64,000 bases of DNA from Verrucomicrobiota bacterium (lineage in GTDB: Bacteria; Verrucomicrobiota; Verrucomicrobiia; Opitutales; Opitutaceae). The notes beneath the pieces were generated by a model, which saw only the letters and a program-made list of their open reading frames with translations, was not told the DNA's origin and made no database searches. The stretch is taken from positions 63,651-127,650 of the forward strand of contig JAQGOP010000043.1 in assembly GCA_028293545.1 (NCBI GenBank). The letters run 5' to 3'. The translations under genes were made by a program, and so were the position numbers. Shown here piece by piece: positions 1 through 8,278 of the stretch; position 1 is the stretch's first letter, and each line of letters opens with the position of its first letter.

Positions 1-259
1 ACGCGCTCATCACGACGCCGATTTTTAATCTCAGGTCGCGCCAGTCGCTCGCCCCGTAGCGTTGCCCGAGGACGGAGATGTCGCCGGCGGTCGGCGGGAG
101 ATGCCCGTTGAGGACCTTGAGCAGCGAGGTTTTCCCGGAGCCGTTGGCGCCGAGGATGACCCAGTGCTCGCCGGGTTTCACGCGCCACGCGACGTGGTCG
201 AGAATCGTGGTTTTCCCGCGCAGCACGCGCAGGCCGGAAACTTCGAGGACGCAACTCAT
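1..259 (-). CDS. ABC transporter ATP-binding protein, N-terminal part (gene runs off the window edge)
   Basis: Reverse-strand translation from ATG (259-257): MSCVLEVSGLRVLRGKTTILDHVAWRVKPGEHWVILGANGSGKTSLLKVLNGH...; Walker A GANGSGKT. Absent from the ORF track because there is no stop in the window. Confidence 0.85.
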   Translation of the reverse strand, partial: MSCVLEVSGLRVLRGKTTILDHVAWRVKPGEHWVILGANGSGKTSLLKVLNGHLPPTAGDISVLGQRYGASDWRDLRLKIGVVMSA

Positions 260-314
260 GATGGATCGCGCGATTGCGGAGAGCGATGGGCGCCGGGGCA
301 AGGCAAAGCCGGGC

Positions 315-356
315 GAAGTAGCGAGTAGCGTGTAGTGCGTAGCGAGTAGTCGGACC
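315..356 (+). repeat. REP-C copy 1 (GAAGTAGCGAGTAGCGTGTAGTGCGTAGCGAGTAGTCGGACC); short inverted partner ACTCGCTACTTC at 372-383
   Basis: Near-identical to 2244-2285 and 4823-4865 by direct comparison. Confidence 0.85.
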
Positions 357-463
357 AGACCCACAAACCCCACTCGCTACTTCCGACAGAAGCAGGCGAC
401 CCGCCGGGGGCACGCCAAAGCGCACTGGCAATTCATCGTTCGCGATGAAGACTGGATCAGACA

Positions 464-832
464 ATGAGCGCGAAACTGACGATCTACACCTATGCCAACT
501 GCGACACATGCCGGAAGGCCGTGAAGTGGCTCCGGGCGCATGACCTCCCGTTTGACGAACGGCCGATCCGAGAAACGCCGCCCACCCCGGCGGAACTGAG
601 GACGATGCTGGCGGCGCAGGGCGGCGAACTGCGCCGGCTGTTCAACACCTCGGGGAAGGATTATCGGGAGATGAAGCTGGGCGAAAAACTTCCCGACCTG
701 ACTGAAACCGCCGCCTTGGCGTTGCTCGCGAAAAATGGAAACCTGGTAAAGCGGCCCTTTCTCCTCGGTCCGAAGGTTTCGCTGACAGGCTTTGACGAAA
801 AGGCCTGGAGTGTGGCATGGTCAGTGCGATGA
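464..832 (+). CDS. ArsC/Spx-family thioredoxin-fold protein (YffB-like)
   Basis: 122-aa ORF; N-terminal YANCDTCRKA redox-type motif and ...GNLVKRPFL... layout typical of the ArsC/Spx/YffB family. Confidence 0.8.
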   Translation: MSAKLTIYTYANCDTCRKAVKWLRAHDLPFDERPIRETPPTPAELRTMLAAQGGELRRLFNTSGKDYREMKLGEKLPDLTETAALALLAKNGNLVKRPFLLGPKVSLTGFDEKAWSVAWSVR

Positions 833-1080
833 ACTCTCCCGATCCGCTCCGCGATACCGTGCGCTGGCTGGCCGCGCACGCGCGCTTCCCTTCGAGCCGG
901 CTCGAAAATCGTTCCGAAGTGCTGCTATGCGTGGCGGCCCTGGCCGCGTCGGAAGAGGCTGAACTGCGCCAGCGCCATTTGCTCCAGCGTCGCGACCCCG
1001 CCCAGACTTCAGCGCTCCGGACCCATGCGATGCGGCGCTCCCAAGTCCACTTCAAGTGCGACAATAGCGCGAAGGTCTAA
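817..1080 (+). CDS. hypothetical protein (87 aa)
   Basis: ORF overlaps the preceding gene by 16 nt and has GC-rich third codon positions. No recognisable motif. Confidence 0.35.
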   Translation: MVSAMNSPDPLRDTVRWLAAHARFPSSRLENRSEVLLCVAALAASEEAELRQRHLLQRRDPAQTSALRTHAMRRSQVHFKCDNSAKV

Positions 1081-1093
1081 GCCCGCGAGGGCG

Positions 1094-1216
1094 GAAAATT
1101 CGAAGGTCAAACCCCCAAAATTCGAGGGAATGACCAATCACGGGCGATGAATTCGAAGTTTCGTCGTGAAGCCATTTCCGGGAATTCCTTCGAGTTTCGG
1201 GATTTGAACTTCGACT
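1094..1216 (+). repeat. AATTCGA-rich intergenic module, copy 1
   Basis: GAAAATTCGAAGGTCAAACCCCCAAAATTCGAGGGAA (1094-1130) and TTCCTTCGAGTTTCGGGATTTGAACTTCGAC (1186-1216). The same two sub-modules occur in the same order at 9511-9641. Confidence 0.7.
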
Positions 1217-1281
1217 TTCCCAAGGCTTGGGCTCGAAACCTGTAACTTTCCAGGCGGCCGGGTGTTTTCCCGTTACTCCCT

Positions 1282-2220
1282 ATGAAATACCATGCCCTGA
1301 TCATCGCGGCCGGCTTGCTGGCTCTCGTTCCGTTCTCCGCTGACGCCGCCATCGTCCGCACCGTCGAGAAATCGTTCACCGTTACCCCCGGTGGGGTGTT
1401 GAAAGTTGAAACTCAAGGCGGCGACGTCCGCATCCTTACCTCCGGCGATGCCATCGTTAAGGTGATCGCGAAGGAAAAAATTCGCGCGGGTTCCGAGTCC
1501 GACGCCGATCTCATTCTCCAGAAACTCACCCTCACGATCGAACAGGAGGAAGGCGGCGTGTCGGCGATATCGAAATACGAAAAGGATTCGAATTTTCACT
1601 TTGGTTCGTGGCCGCCGGTCCAGGTCGACTTTACGATCACCGTGCCCAGGAACTACAATGTCGAACTCAAGACCTCCGGCGGCGACGTCGCGGTGGCTGA
1701 CCTGAACGGCACCGTCAACGCCCGCACTTCCGGCGGAAACATCTCGCTCGCGAAAATCACCGGTGAAGTCGTGGCGCACACCTCCGGTGGCAACGTCAGC
1801 CTGACCGAGGGCGGCGCGGCGGTGAAGCTGGGCACCTCGGGCGGCGATATCCGGTTGGGACACGCAGTCGGTCCCGCGAATTTGAACACGTCGGGCGGCA
1901 ATGTTGAGATCAAGGCGGTCGAGAACACGATCGATGCGTCCACGAGCGGCGGAAACGTCACTGCGGCCATTGTGGGTGGAATCAAGGGCGACTGCCGGCT
2001 GAGCACTTCCGGCGGCCGGGTGCGGGTTGCGGTCGACAAAACCGCGGCGTTCCATCTCGACGCCTCGACCAGCGGCGGCGACGTCGAAGCCGGCGGCCTC
2101 ACGATCACCGTCGAGCGCGGCGCCTCGGGAAAGAGCCGTTTCGCCGGGAAGGTCAATGGCGGCGGTCCCGAACTGAAACTCCGTTCCAGCGGCGGCGACA
2201 TCGATATCGATGTAAAGTAG
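1282..2220 (+). CDS. DUF4097-family beta-strand repeat protein (putative adhesin-like), secreted
   Basis: Signal peptide MKYHALIIAAGLLALVPFSADA; at least nine (T/S)SGG(D/N/R)(V/I) repeat units. Confidence 0.85.
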   Translation: MKYHALIIAAGLLALVPFSADAAIVRTVEKSFTVTPGGVLKVETQGGDVRILTSGDAIVKVIAKEKIRAGSESDADLILQKLTLTIEQEEGGVSAISKYEKDSNFHFGSWPPVQVDFTITVPRNYNVELKTSGGDVAVADLNGTVNARTSGGNISLAKITGEVVAHTSGGNVSLTEGGAAVKLGTSGGDIRLGHAVGPANLNTSGGNVEIKAVENTIDASTSGGNVTAAIVGGIKGDCRLSTSGGRVRVAVDKTAAFHLDASTSGGDVEAGGLTITVERGASGKSRFAGKVNGGGPELKLRSSGGDIDIDVK

Positions 2221-2245
2221 CGCAGGCGGCTCGCCTGCTCGGGGA
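2217..2245 (+). repeat. REP-A copy (GTAGCGCAGGCGGCTCGCCTGCTCGGGG); its TAG is the stop codon of the upstream gene
   Basis: Consensus GAAGTAGCGCAGGCGGCCCGCCTGCTCCGG with palindromic core GCAGGCGG-C-CCGCCTGC. Confidence 0.9.
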
Positions 2246-2285
2246 AGTAGCGAGTAGCGTGTAGTGAGTAGCGAGTAGTCGGACC
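2244..2285 (+). repeat. REP-C copy 2
   Basis: GAAGTAGCGAGTAGCGTGTAGTGAGTAGCGAGTAGTCGGACC. Confidence 0.85.
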
Positions 2286-2374
2286 TTTCACGGATCCGGC
2301 TGCTTCCACTCGCACGAAGCCGGCGGCTCACATCGCTCTGGCCTCCGGCCTGAGCGGGGGTTGAGAATGGCGGC

Positions 2375-3910
2375 ATGTCGCACGAAACGGTTTATGCCGA
2401 ACTCACGGATTGGATCAAACGCGTGCACGCGCTGGGGAGCGTCGGCGAACTGCTGGCTTGGGATGAGCAGGTCAACCTTCCGCCCGGCGCCGCGGAGCAG
2501 CGCGCGAGCCAGCTGGCGGCCTTGGCGGGCGCGCAGCACGCCGCCGCGAGCGATCCTCGCATCGGCGCCTGGCTGACCGCGTTGGAAGGCGAGGCGGCAA
2601 GCCTCACCGCCGACCAGAAGGCGGTGGTGAAAAATGCGCGGCGGGATTTTGACCGCGCAACCAAGCTGCCCGAGGAGTTCGTCCGGGAAAAAGCCGCGCA
2701 GGGCAGCCGCGGCTACCATGCGTGGGCGCGCGCGAAGGCGGGGGATGATTTTGCGAGCTATGCGCCGGTGCTGGCGCGCAATCTGGAGTTGGCGAAGCGC
2801 GAGGCGGGTTACCTGGACTGGGCAGGGCGCGAATACGATTACATGGTCGATAAGCACGACCCGGGCATGACCGCGGCGGTGATCGGCGGGTTGTTTGACG
2901 AATTGAAACGCGACCTGGTGCCGCTCGTGAAGGCGATCGCGGCGTCGAAGCTGAAGCCGCGCAGCGATGCGTTGCGGGGCTTCCCCATCGACGGCCAGCG
3001 CGCGTTCCTGCGCGAGGTGACGCAGCGCCTCGGTTTCGACTACGACCGCGGCCGCATCGACGTCTCGCTCCATCCGTTCTGCACGGGCACGGGATCGGAT
3101 GTGCGCATGACGACGCGCTTCAAGGAGGACGAGCCGCTCGATTCGTTGTTCAGCGCGATCCATGAAACGGGCCATGGCCTGTACGAGCAGGGTTTGCGCG
3201 CCGACCAGCTGGGCACGGCGCTCGGGATCCATGCGGGCATGGCCGTGCACGAATCACAAAGCCGGCTCTGGGAAAACCAGGTGGCGCGGAGCCGCGGGTT
3301 CTGGCGGTGTTTCGAGCCGAGGCTGCGCGAGCTTTTTCCGCGGCAGACGCAGGGCGTTTCGTCGGACGAACTTTACCTGGCGATCAATGCGGTGACGCCG
3401 ACGCTGATCCGCGTCGACGCCGATGAGGTGACGTACAACCTGCACATCATCCTGCGGTTTGAACTGGAGAAGAAACTTTTCACCGGTGCGCTGGCGATCG
3501 GCGACCTGCCTGCGGCGTGGCGCGAATCGGCGGAGGGGCTGCTCGGCCTGACGCCGCCAAACGACCGCGAAGGCGTCCTGCAGGACGTGCACTGGAGCGA
3601 TGGCGCGTTCGGTTATTTCCCGAGTTACTGCCTGGGTAACATGCTGGCGGCGCAGCTGTGGTATCGCGCGCTCTCGCTGCGGCCGGATCTGGAGAAGGAT
3701 TTCGCAGGCGGGGATTTCACGTGGCTGCTCGGTTGGCTCCGCGAAAACATCCACGCGCAGGGCCGGCGGTTTGATGCGCTGCAACTCGCGCGCCGCGTGA
3801 CGGGTGAGGAGCTTTCCCCGCGGCATCTCGTGCGCTATCTGCGGGAGAGGTATGGGAGGCTCTATGGGGCCGAGGGAGAAAAGGGCTGGGTCGAAAGGGC
3901 GGAAGGATGA
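2375..3910 (+). CDS. M32 family (Taq-type) metallocarboxypeptidase
   Basis: HETGHGLYEQG zinc site (HExxH) and DVHWSDGAFGYFPSYCLGN; 511 aa. Confidence 0.9.
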   Translation: MSHETVYAELTDWIKRVHALGSVGELLAWDEQVNLPPGAAEQRASQLAALAGAQHAAASDPRIGAWLTALEGEAASLTADQKAVVKNARRDFDRATKLPEEFVREKAAQGSRGYHAWARAKAGDDFASYAPVLARNLELAKREAGYLDWAGREYDYMVDKHDPGMTAAVIGGLFDELKRDLVPLVKAIAASKLKPRSDALRGFPIDGQRAFLREVTQRLGFDYDRGRIDVSLHPFCTGTGSDVRMTTRFKEDEPLDSLFSAIHETGHGLYEQGLRADQLGTALGIHAGMAVHESQSRLWENQVARSRGFWRCFEPRLRELFPRQTQGVSSDELYLAINAVTPTLIRVDADEVTYNLHIILRFELEKKLFTGALAIGDLPAAWRESAEGLLGLTPPNDREGVLQDVHWSDGAFGYFPSYCLGNMLAAQLWYRALSLRPDLEKDFAGGDFTWLLGWLRENIHAQGRRFDALQLARRVTGEELSPRHLVRYLRERYGRLYGAEGEKGWVERAEG

Positions 3911-4007
3911 AAGGGGAAAGTTGAAAGAGTGGATCCAGCTCTGCGCGGGCGGAAAATTGAGTTTTGACGACTGCGGGTTTCCTTCGAATTTCTGATGGTT
4001 TAATCCC

Positions 4008-4817
4008 GTGGGACTGATCGACACACACACGCACCTCGAATCGTTTGCCCGGGCCGGGCAACTTGACGCGGCATTGGCGCGCGCGCGCGAGGCGGGAGTG
4101 GAGTCGATGATCACGATCGGGACCGGGTCCGACGACTGGGGGCTGTACCGCGATTTGGCGCGGACGCATCCGGGGTTCGTCAACTACACGGTCGGGATTC
4201 ATCCGTGCGCGGTCGAAGCGAATTGGGAGGAAGCCCAGGCGCAGGTACCAAATTTTTGGGAGGCGGTTTCGTCAGCGGGTCCGCGTCCGTTGGCGGTGGG
4301 CGAGATCGGCCTGGACCGGTTTCATTTGCCGAAGGACGCGGCGGAAGCGGGGACGATTTTCGCGCGGCAAAAGGCGGCGTTTGCCGCGGGCCTGGCGTTC
4401 GCGAAGCAGCGGGACTGCCCGGTCGTGGTGCATTCGCGCGGGGCGTTCGCCGAGTGCGTGGAGATGATCGACGCGAGCGGCGTGGACTGGGCCAGGGTGG
4501 TTTTTCACTGCTTCACCGAAGGCGAAGCGGAGATGGCCGAACTGGTGAGACGTGGCGGGTTTGGTTCGTTTACCGGGATCCTGACCTACAAGAGTGCGGC
4601 GAACGTGCGTGGGGCGGCGAAGGCCCAGGGACTTTCGCGCCTGATGATCGAGACGGACGCGCCGTACCTCACGCCGATGCCGCATCGCGGAAAACCGAAT
4701 GAGCCGGCGTTTGTGCGCCTCACCGCGGAATTCGCGGCGAAGGAAATTTTCGGGATCAGCTATGAGGAGCTGGTTGAAGTGACGGCGCAGAATGCGCGCC
4801 GGTTTTTCAGGATGTAG
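4008..4817 (+). CDS. TatD-family metal-dependent hydrolase
   Basis: GTG start; GLIDTHTHLE, VVHSRGAF and IETDAPYLTP motifs. Confidence 0.9.
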   Translation: MGLIDTHTHLESFARAGQLDAALARAREAGVESMITIGTGSDDWGLYRDLARTHPGFVNYTVGIHPCAVEANWEEAQAQVPNFWEAVSSAGPRPLAVGEIGLDRFHLPKDAAEAGTIFARQKAAFAAGLAFAKQRDCPVVVHSRGAFAECVEMIDASGVDWARVVFHCFTEGEAEMAELVRRGGFGSFTGILTYKSAANVRGAAKAQGLSRLMIETDAPYLTPMPHRGKPNEPAFVRLTAEFAAKEIFGISYEELVEVTAQNARRFFRM

Positions 4818-4822
4818 CGCCC

Positions 4823-4865
4823 GAAGTAGCGAGTAGCGGGTAGCGAGTAGCGCGTAGACGGACCG
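4823..4865 (+). repeat. REP-C copy 3, left half (interrupted by IS481)
   Basis: GAAGTAGCGAGTAGCGGGTAGCGAGTAGCGCGTAGACGGACC; the inverted partner CCGACTACTCGCTACTTC lies at 6273-6290 on the other side of the IS. Confidence 0.8.
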
Positions 4866-4881
4866 ACCTGGTGCGGTCCAC

Positions 4882-6221
4882 ACATCCTATCCACTTTAGT
4901 TTCAAGACATCGTATCCAGGGTCTTTTGTAAGTTGAGGTTGATGGTGGGGGTGGAACTAGGCGGCAAGACGAACCGCTTTCACGGAGCGGCTTGGCGCGG
5001 AGTGAAAGCGGTTCGTCTGTAAATTGATCGTGCCGACAAGGAGGTAATTGAACCAAACCTCGACGGCAGAGCTCGAGAGGACGCGGAGTCCGACGTGCGA
5101 GTGTGCCAAGGCGGTGCTGACAAAAATCATTTTACCGCGGTACTTGATCGTGCCGCCCGAACTGACCAGGCGGGGGCTATAACCGGTGCCATAATCAAGC
5201 GCCGCCGGTTCAGCGGGAAAAAGCCGGGGAGATTTTTGATACAGTTGGGCTGGTCTTCGACCCTGCAAGCGCTCATGGGGCCGGACGTGGTTGTAGTCAT
5301 GGCGCCACACGTCGAGGGCCGCTTGCTGGGTCACGGCATCGACCTGCACGTGCGCGGCGACCTCCGCTTCGATGTCCCGGTGCATGCGTTCATGGGCCCC
5401 GTTGTCCTGCGGATGCGCCGGCCGGCTGTGTTCCAACTGGATCCCCAGGGCGACCCAGCGGGCCGAGAGCTTGCTTAACCCGAGTGGGCCATTCGACGAG
5501 GCGAACGGAGCGCCGTTGTCACTCTTGATCACCTTGGGCAAGCCATGCTGGCGGAAGAGCCGGTCGAACTGGAGGGCGACCGTTTCAGTCCGGCCGTTCG
5601 CCGGCAGGTGCGCCGCCAGCACAAACCGGCTAAAGGCGTCGCGCACGGTCAGCGGCTCGCAGCGGCGTCCATCGCCCAGGTGCCACCACCCCTTGAAGTC
5701 GATCGTCCATACGTCATTGGCCGCGAGGGGCACCACCGGGCCGACCAAAAGGGTCGCTGGTCGCCGCACCCGCACCTTGCGTTCCTTGATTAACCCCGAC
5801 GCCTTGAGCACCCGGTGGCACGTCGAGCGCGCGAGCGCCACCCCGCGTCCTTCCTCATATAGCTGGCAGAGTTTCTTTGGCCCCCACGTCGGCCACGCCA
5901 GTTTCAACATCACCAGATGGCAGACTTCGTCCTCCTGCAGCCGTCCCGGCGAATGCAGCGGGCGACGACTGCGTTCCCGCAGCCCGTGCAGCCCGTCGTT
6001 CCGGGCCCGATCCCGCCACGTTCGGCCCGTCTTTCTCGTCACCGCGTACTCGCGGCATAACGCGCTTAGGTTCGCGCCCGATGCCAGCGCTTTCATCACA
6101 AACTCTTTTCGTTGGTCAGTCATTGTTTCGGTTCTCCATGGCATGCCTTTCCTCATCAGGTCGGGCATGACTTAGCGACTTGCCTGGATACGATGTCCTG
6201 AAACAGTTGTGAGTAGGATGT
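4882..6221 (-). mobile_element. IS481-family insertion sequence (about 1.34 kb)
   Basis: Imperfect 39-bp terminal inverted repeats with 32/39 matching by my alignment: 4882-4920 ACATCCTATCCACTTTAGTTTCAAGACATCGTATCCAGG versus the reverse complement of 6183-6221 ACATCCTACTCACAACTGTTTCAGGACATCGTATCCAGG. They enclose a single DDE transposase ORF. Confidence 0.85.
4957..6168 (-). CDS. IS481-family DDE transposase (rve integrase core)
   Basis: N-terminal HTH region, then ...WTIDFKGWW..., ...IKSDNGAPF..., ...HPQDNGAHERMH.... The true start may be the internal MTDQRKEF at 6123. Confidence 0.9.
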   Translation of the reverse strand: MPDLMRKGMPWRTETMTDQRKEFVMKALASGANLSALCREYAVTRKTGRTWRDRARNDGLHGLRERSRRPLHSPGRLQEDEVCHLVMLKLAWPTWGPKKLCQLYEEGRGVALARSTCHRVLKASGLIKERKVRVRRPATLLVGPVVPLAANDVWTIDFKGWWHLGDGRRCEPLTVRDAFSRFVLAAHLPANGRTETVALQFDRLFRQHGLPKVIKSDNGAPFASSNGPLGLSKLSARWVALGIQLEHSRPAHPQDNGAHERMHRDIEAEVAAHVQVDAVTQQAALDVWRHDYNHVRPHERLQGRRPAQLYQKSPRLFPAEPAALDYGTGYSPRLVSSGGTIKYRGKMIFVSTALAHSHVGLRVLSSSAVEVWFNYLLVGTINLQTNRFHSAPSRSVKAVRLAA

Positions 6222-6272
6222 CCTGAAACCGGACCACCTCGAGGAGTCGTGCACTGTTACCTTAGGATGGTT

Positions 6273-6323
6273 CCGACTACTCGCTACTTCAGGCCGAAGC
6301 AGGCGGGCCTCCTGCGCTACTTA
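6273..6323 (-). repeat. REP-C inverted half (6273-6290) followed by a REP-A copy (6296-6323) that abuts the ptsH stop
   Basis: CCGACTACTCGCTACTTC ... GAAGCAGGCGGGCCTCCTGCGCTACTTA; the TTA at 6321-6323 is the reverse-strand TAA stop of ptsH. Confidence 0.85.
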
Positions 6324-6620
6324 GGCCTCGTCGAACTTGCGGGAGAAGAGCTGCTCGAGCTCGTCGAGCATCGGCTGGGCGTCGGCGCCGGTCGCGAGAA
6401 ACTTCACTTTCGAGCCTTTGCCCGCGGCGAGCATCATGAGGCCCATGATGCTCTTGCCGTTCACCTGTTCGTCATCCTTTTCCACGAACACGTCGGCTTT
6501 GAACCGGTTGGTGATCCGAACGATCATTGCGGCGGGACGGGCGTGAATGCCCATCTTGTTCTGCACCAGTAGCTCTTTGACGAGCTGGGACGGGGCTGGT
6601 GTGGCGTCGCTTTTGTTCAT
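6321..6620 (-). CDS. ptsH: phosphocarrier protein HPr
   Basis: GIHARPA (His-15 site) and NGKSIMG (Ser-46 site); 99 aa. Confidence 0.93.
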   Translation of the reverse strand: MNKSDATPAPSQLVKELLVQNKMGIHARPAAMIVRITNRFKADVFVEKDDEQVNGKSIMGLMMLAAGKGSKVKFLATGADAQPMLDELEQLFSRKFDEA

Positions 6621-6702
6621 GAACGTGGTGGGCAGGGTCGGCGTAAATCCGGGATGACAGCTCGGCTTGCAACCTAAAAACCAGATGGCACTCTGTCAAA
6701 AG

Positions 6703-7446
6703 ATGACAGCGACCGCAATCATCGTGCCATGCCGGCTCGAGTCTACCCGATTCCCCCGCAAGCTCTTACACAAGATCAAAGGGCGTCCGCTGCTGGCTTG
6801 GGTGGCCGAGCGAATTGCACGGGAGGCGCCCGGGGTTCCGCTCTATTTTGCGGTGGATCATGAGCTTTTGCGTGCCTCCGTGACCGAAGCCGGGTTTCAG
6901 GCGATCATGACCGATTCCCGCCACCAAAGCGGCACGGATCGCATCGCGGAAGCCAATCGGGCGATCGGCGCCAAGCGGATCATCAATGTCCAAGCCGACG
7001 AACCGCTAGTTTCAGGCGGGCAAATCCGGGCACTGGCCGAATTGCTCGAAAGCGGGGCGCCGATGGCGACCATGGCGACGCCGTTCCGGACGGCGGCGGA
7101 TTTTTCGAATCCCAACCAAGTCAAGGTGGTCATGCGTCAGGACGGAAGGGCCTTATATTTCACGCGGTCAATCGCGCCCTACCCACGAGAGCGCGGGGCG
7201 GTGGTCGACGATGCCTGGGTCCAGGCGAATCCCTGTTTCAAGCACCTCGGTTTGTATGCGTATGCGGCGGACCTGCTGGAAAAATTCGCGAAGCTGCCGC
7301 TGGGAAAGTTGGAGCAGATCGAAAAACTCGAGCAGTTGCGCGTGCTGGAAAACGGCTACGACATCGCCTGCGGTGTGACCATGGATCCAACGATCGGCGT
7401 CGATACGCCCGAGGACGCGGTGAAGTTTGAGGAAACGTTGAAATAG
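6703..7446 (+). CDS. kdsB: 3-deoxy-manno-octulosonate cytidylyltransferase (CMP-KDO synthetase)
   Basis: IIVPCRLESTRFPRK, HQSGTDR, VQADEPL, LEQLRVLENG and GVDTPED, colinear with E. coli KdsB. Start moved from the track TTG at 6667 to ATG 6703. Confidence 0.9.
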   Translation: MTATAIIVPCRLESTRFPRKLLHKIKGRPLLAWVAERIAREAPGVPLYFAVDHELLRASVTEAGFQAIMTDSRHQSGTDRIAEANRAIGAKRIINVQADEPLVSGGQIRALAELLESGAPMATMATPFRTAADFSNPNQVKVVMRQDGRALYFTRSIAPYPRERGAVVDDAWVQANPCFKHLGLYAYAADLLEKFAKLPLGKLEQIEKLEQLRVLENGYDIACGVTMDPTIGVDTPEDAVKFEETLK

Positions 7447-7496
7447 GCGCGGCGAGACCCCCCTGCGAGAGCGCGAGGTTTCGTGAGCGGGGGGTT

Positions 7497-7609
7497 GAAG
7501 TAGCGCAGGCATCCTGCCTGCTTCGCTCCGCCTGCGCCGGAATCCGTCCACGAGCATTCGCGCGCGTTCGACGTTTCAACCGAAGCAGGCGGGCCGCCTG
7601 CGCTACTTC
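7497..7609. repeat. Inverted pair of REP-A copies (7497-7525 forward, 7581-7609 reverse)
   Basis: GAAGTAGCGCAGGCATCCTGCCTGCTTCG ... CGAAGCAGGCGGGCCGCCTGCGCTACTTC; the reverse copy overlaps the stop (TCA at 7608-7610) of the next gene. Confidence 0.9.
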
Positions 7610-8198
7610 AGAGGGATCGATGGCTCAGGCTCGTGATCCAGAAAACCTCGCAGGCGCCGCCGCGGGTGTCGTCGCGGGTGAGCGATGACCGCCAGCGATA
7701 GCCGTCGGCCGCGGTGACTTCGACGAGGAAGCCTTCCGCGGTGACAAGCTGGTGCCGCTTCACGCTGAGCAACTCGCTGCGGACGGCGTCGTCCGCCGGC
7801 AGACAGTGGGTGTTCGCCGAATGGATTTCGATCTGGCGTTGATCCAACGGCGGTTCGGCGCTGTAGCTGAATTCATAGAAGCGTCCGCCTTGGGAAATTT
7901 TCAACTCGTTGATCACCGAACTGACCGACATCGGCCCCCAGCCGAGTGCGAGGTCGACCGGGCTGATGTCGGCGCCGCGGTCGTTGCGGTAGCGATCGCG
8001 GCTGAGGACGACGGCCGTGACGCTGTAACGGGCGAGCGGGGTGATTGTGTAATCGCCCCGCAGAAAAGGCGCGGGCAACGGACCGGGCGCCTGCACCGGA
8101 TCGTGCGCCGCGGGCATCCCGCGCCAGTGGGCCGGGGACTCGTGAAAATAAAACCAGCCCGCGAGGATGATCACGCCGAGCAGAAGGTATTTTTTCAC
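7608..8198 (-). CDS. hypothetical membrane-anchored protein (196 aa)
   Basis: Only the last 196 codons of the 677-aa track ORF are used. GTG start at 8198 gives the N-terminal TM helix VKKYLLLGVIILAGWFYF. Lies downstream of and co-oriented with carA. No family recognised. Confidence 0.55.
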   Translation of the reverse strand: MKKYLLLGVIILAGWFYFHESPAHWRGMPAAHDPVQAPGPLPAPFLRGDYTITPLARYSVTAVVLSRDRYRNDRGADISPVDLALGWGPMSVSSVINELKISQGGRFYEFSYSAEPPLDQRQIEIHSANTHCLPADDAVRSELLSVKRHQLVTAEGFLVEVTAADGYRWRSSLTRDDTRGGACEVFWITSLSHRSL

Positions 8199-8278
8199 GG
8201 GAGCGGTTTCGCGGAAAAGACGAAGGCAGGGAAGCGTGGGGGTCGCGCCCCGGAGGCGGGTCGGAGACCGCGCTGTAC

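Noticed and set aside
4867-6237. Target-site duplication of the IS481 element
   Set aside because: Only an imperfect 15-16 nt direct similarity flanks the IS (about 10 matches), which is not a clean duplication. It could derive from the symmetric REP element into which the IS inserted.
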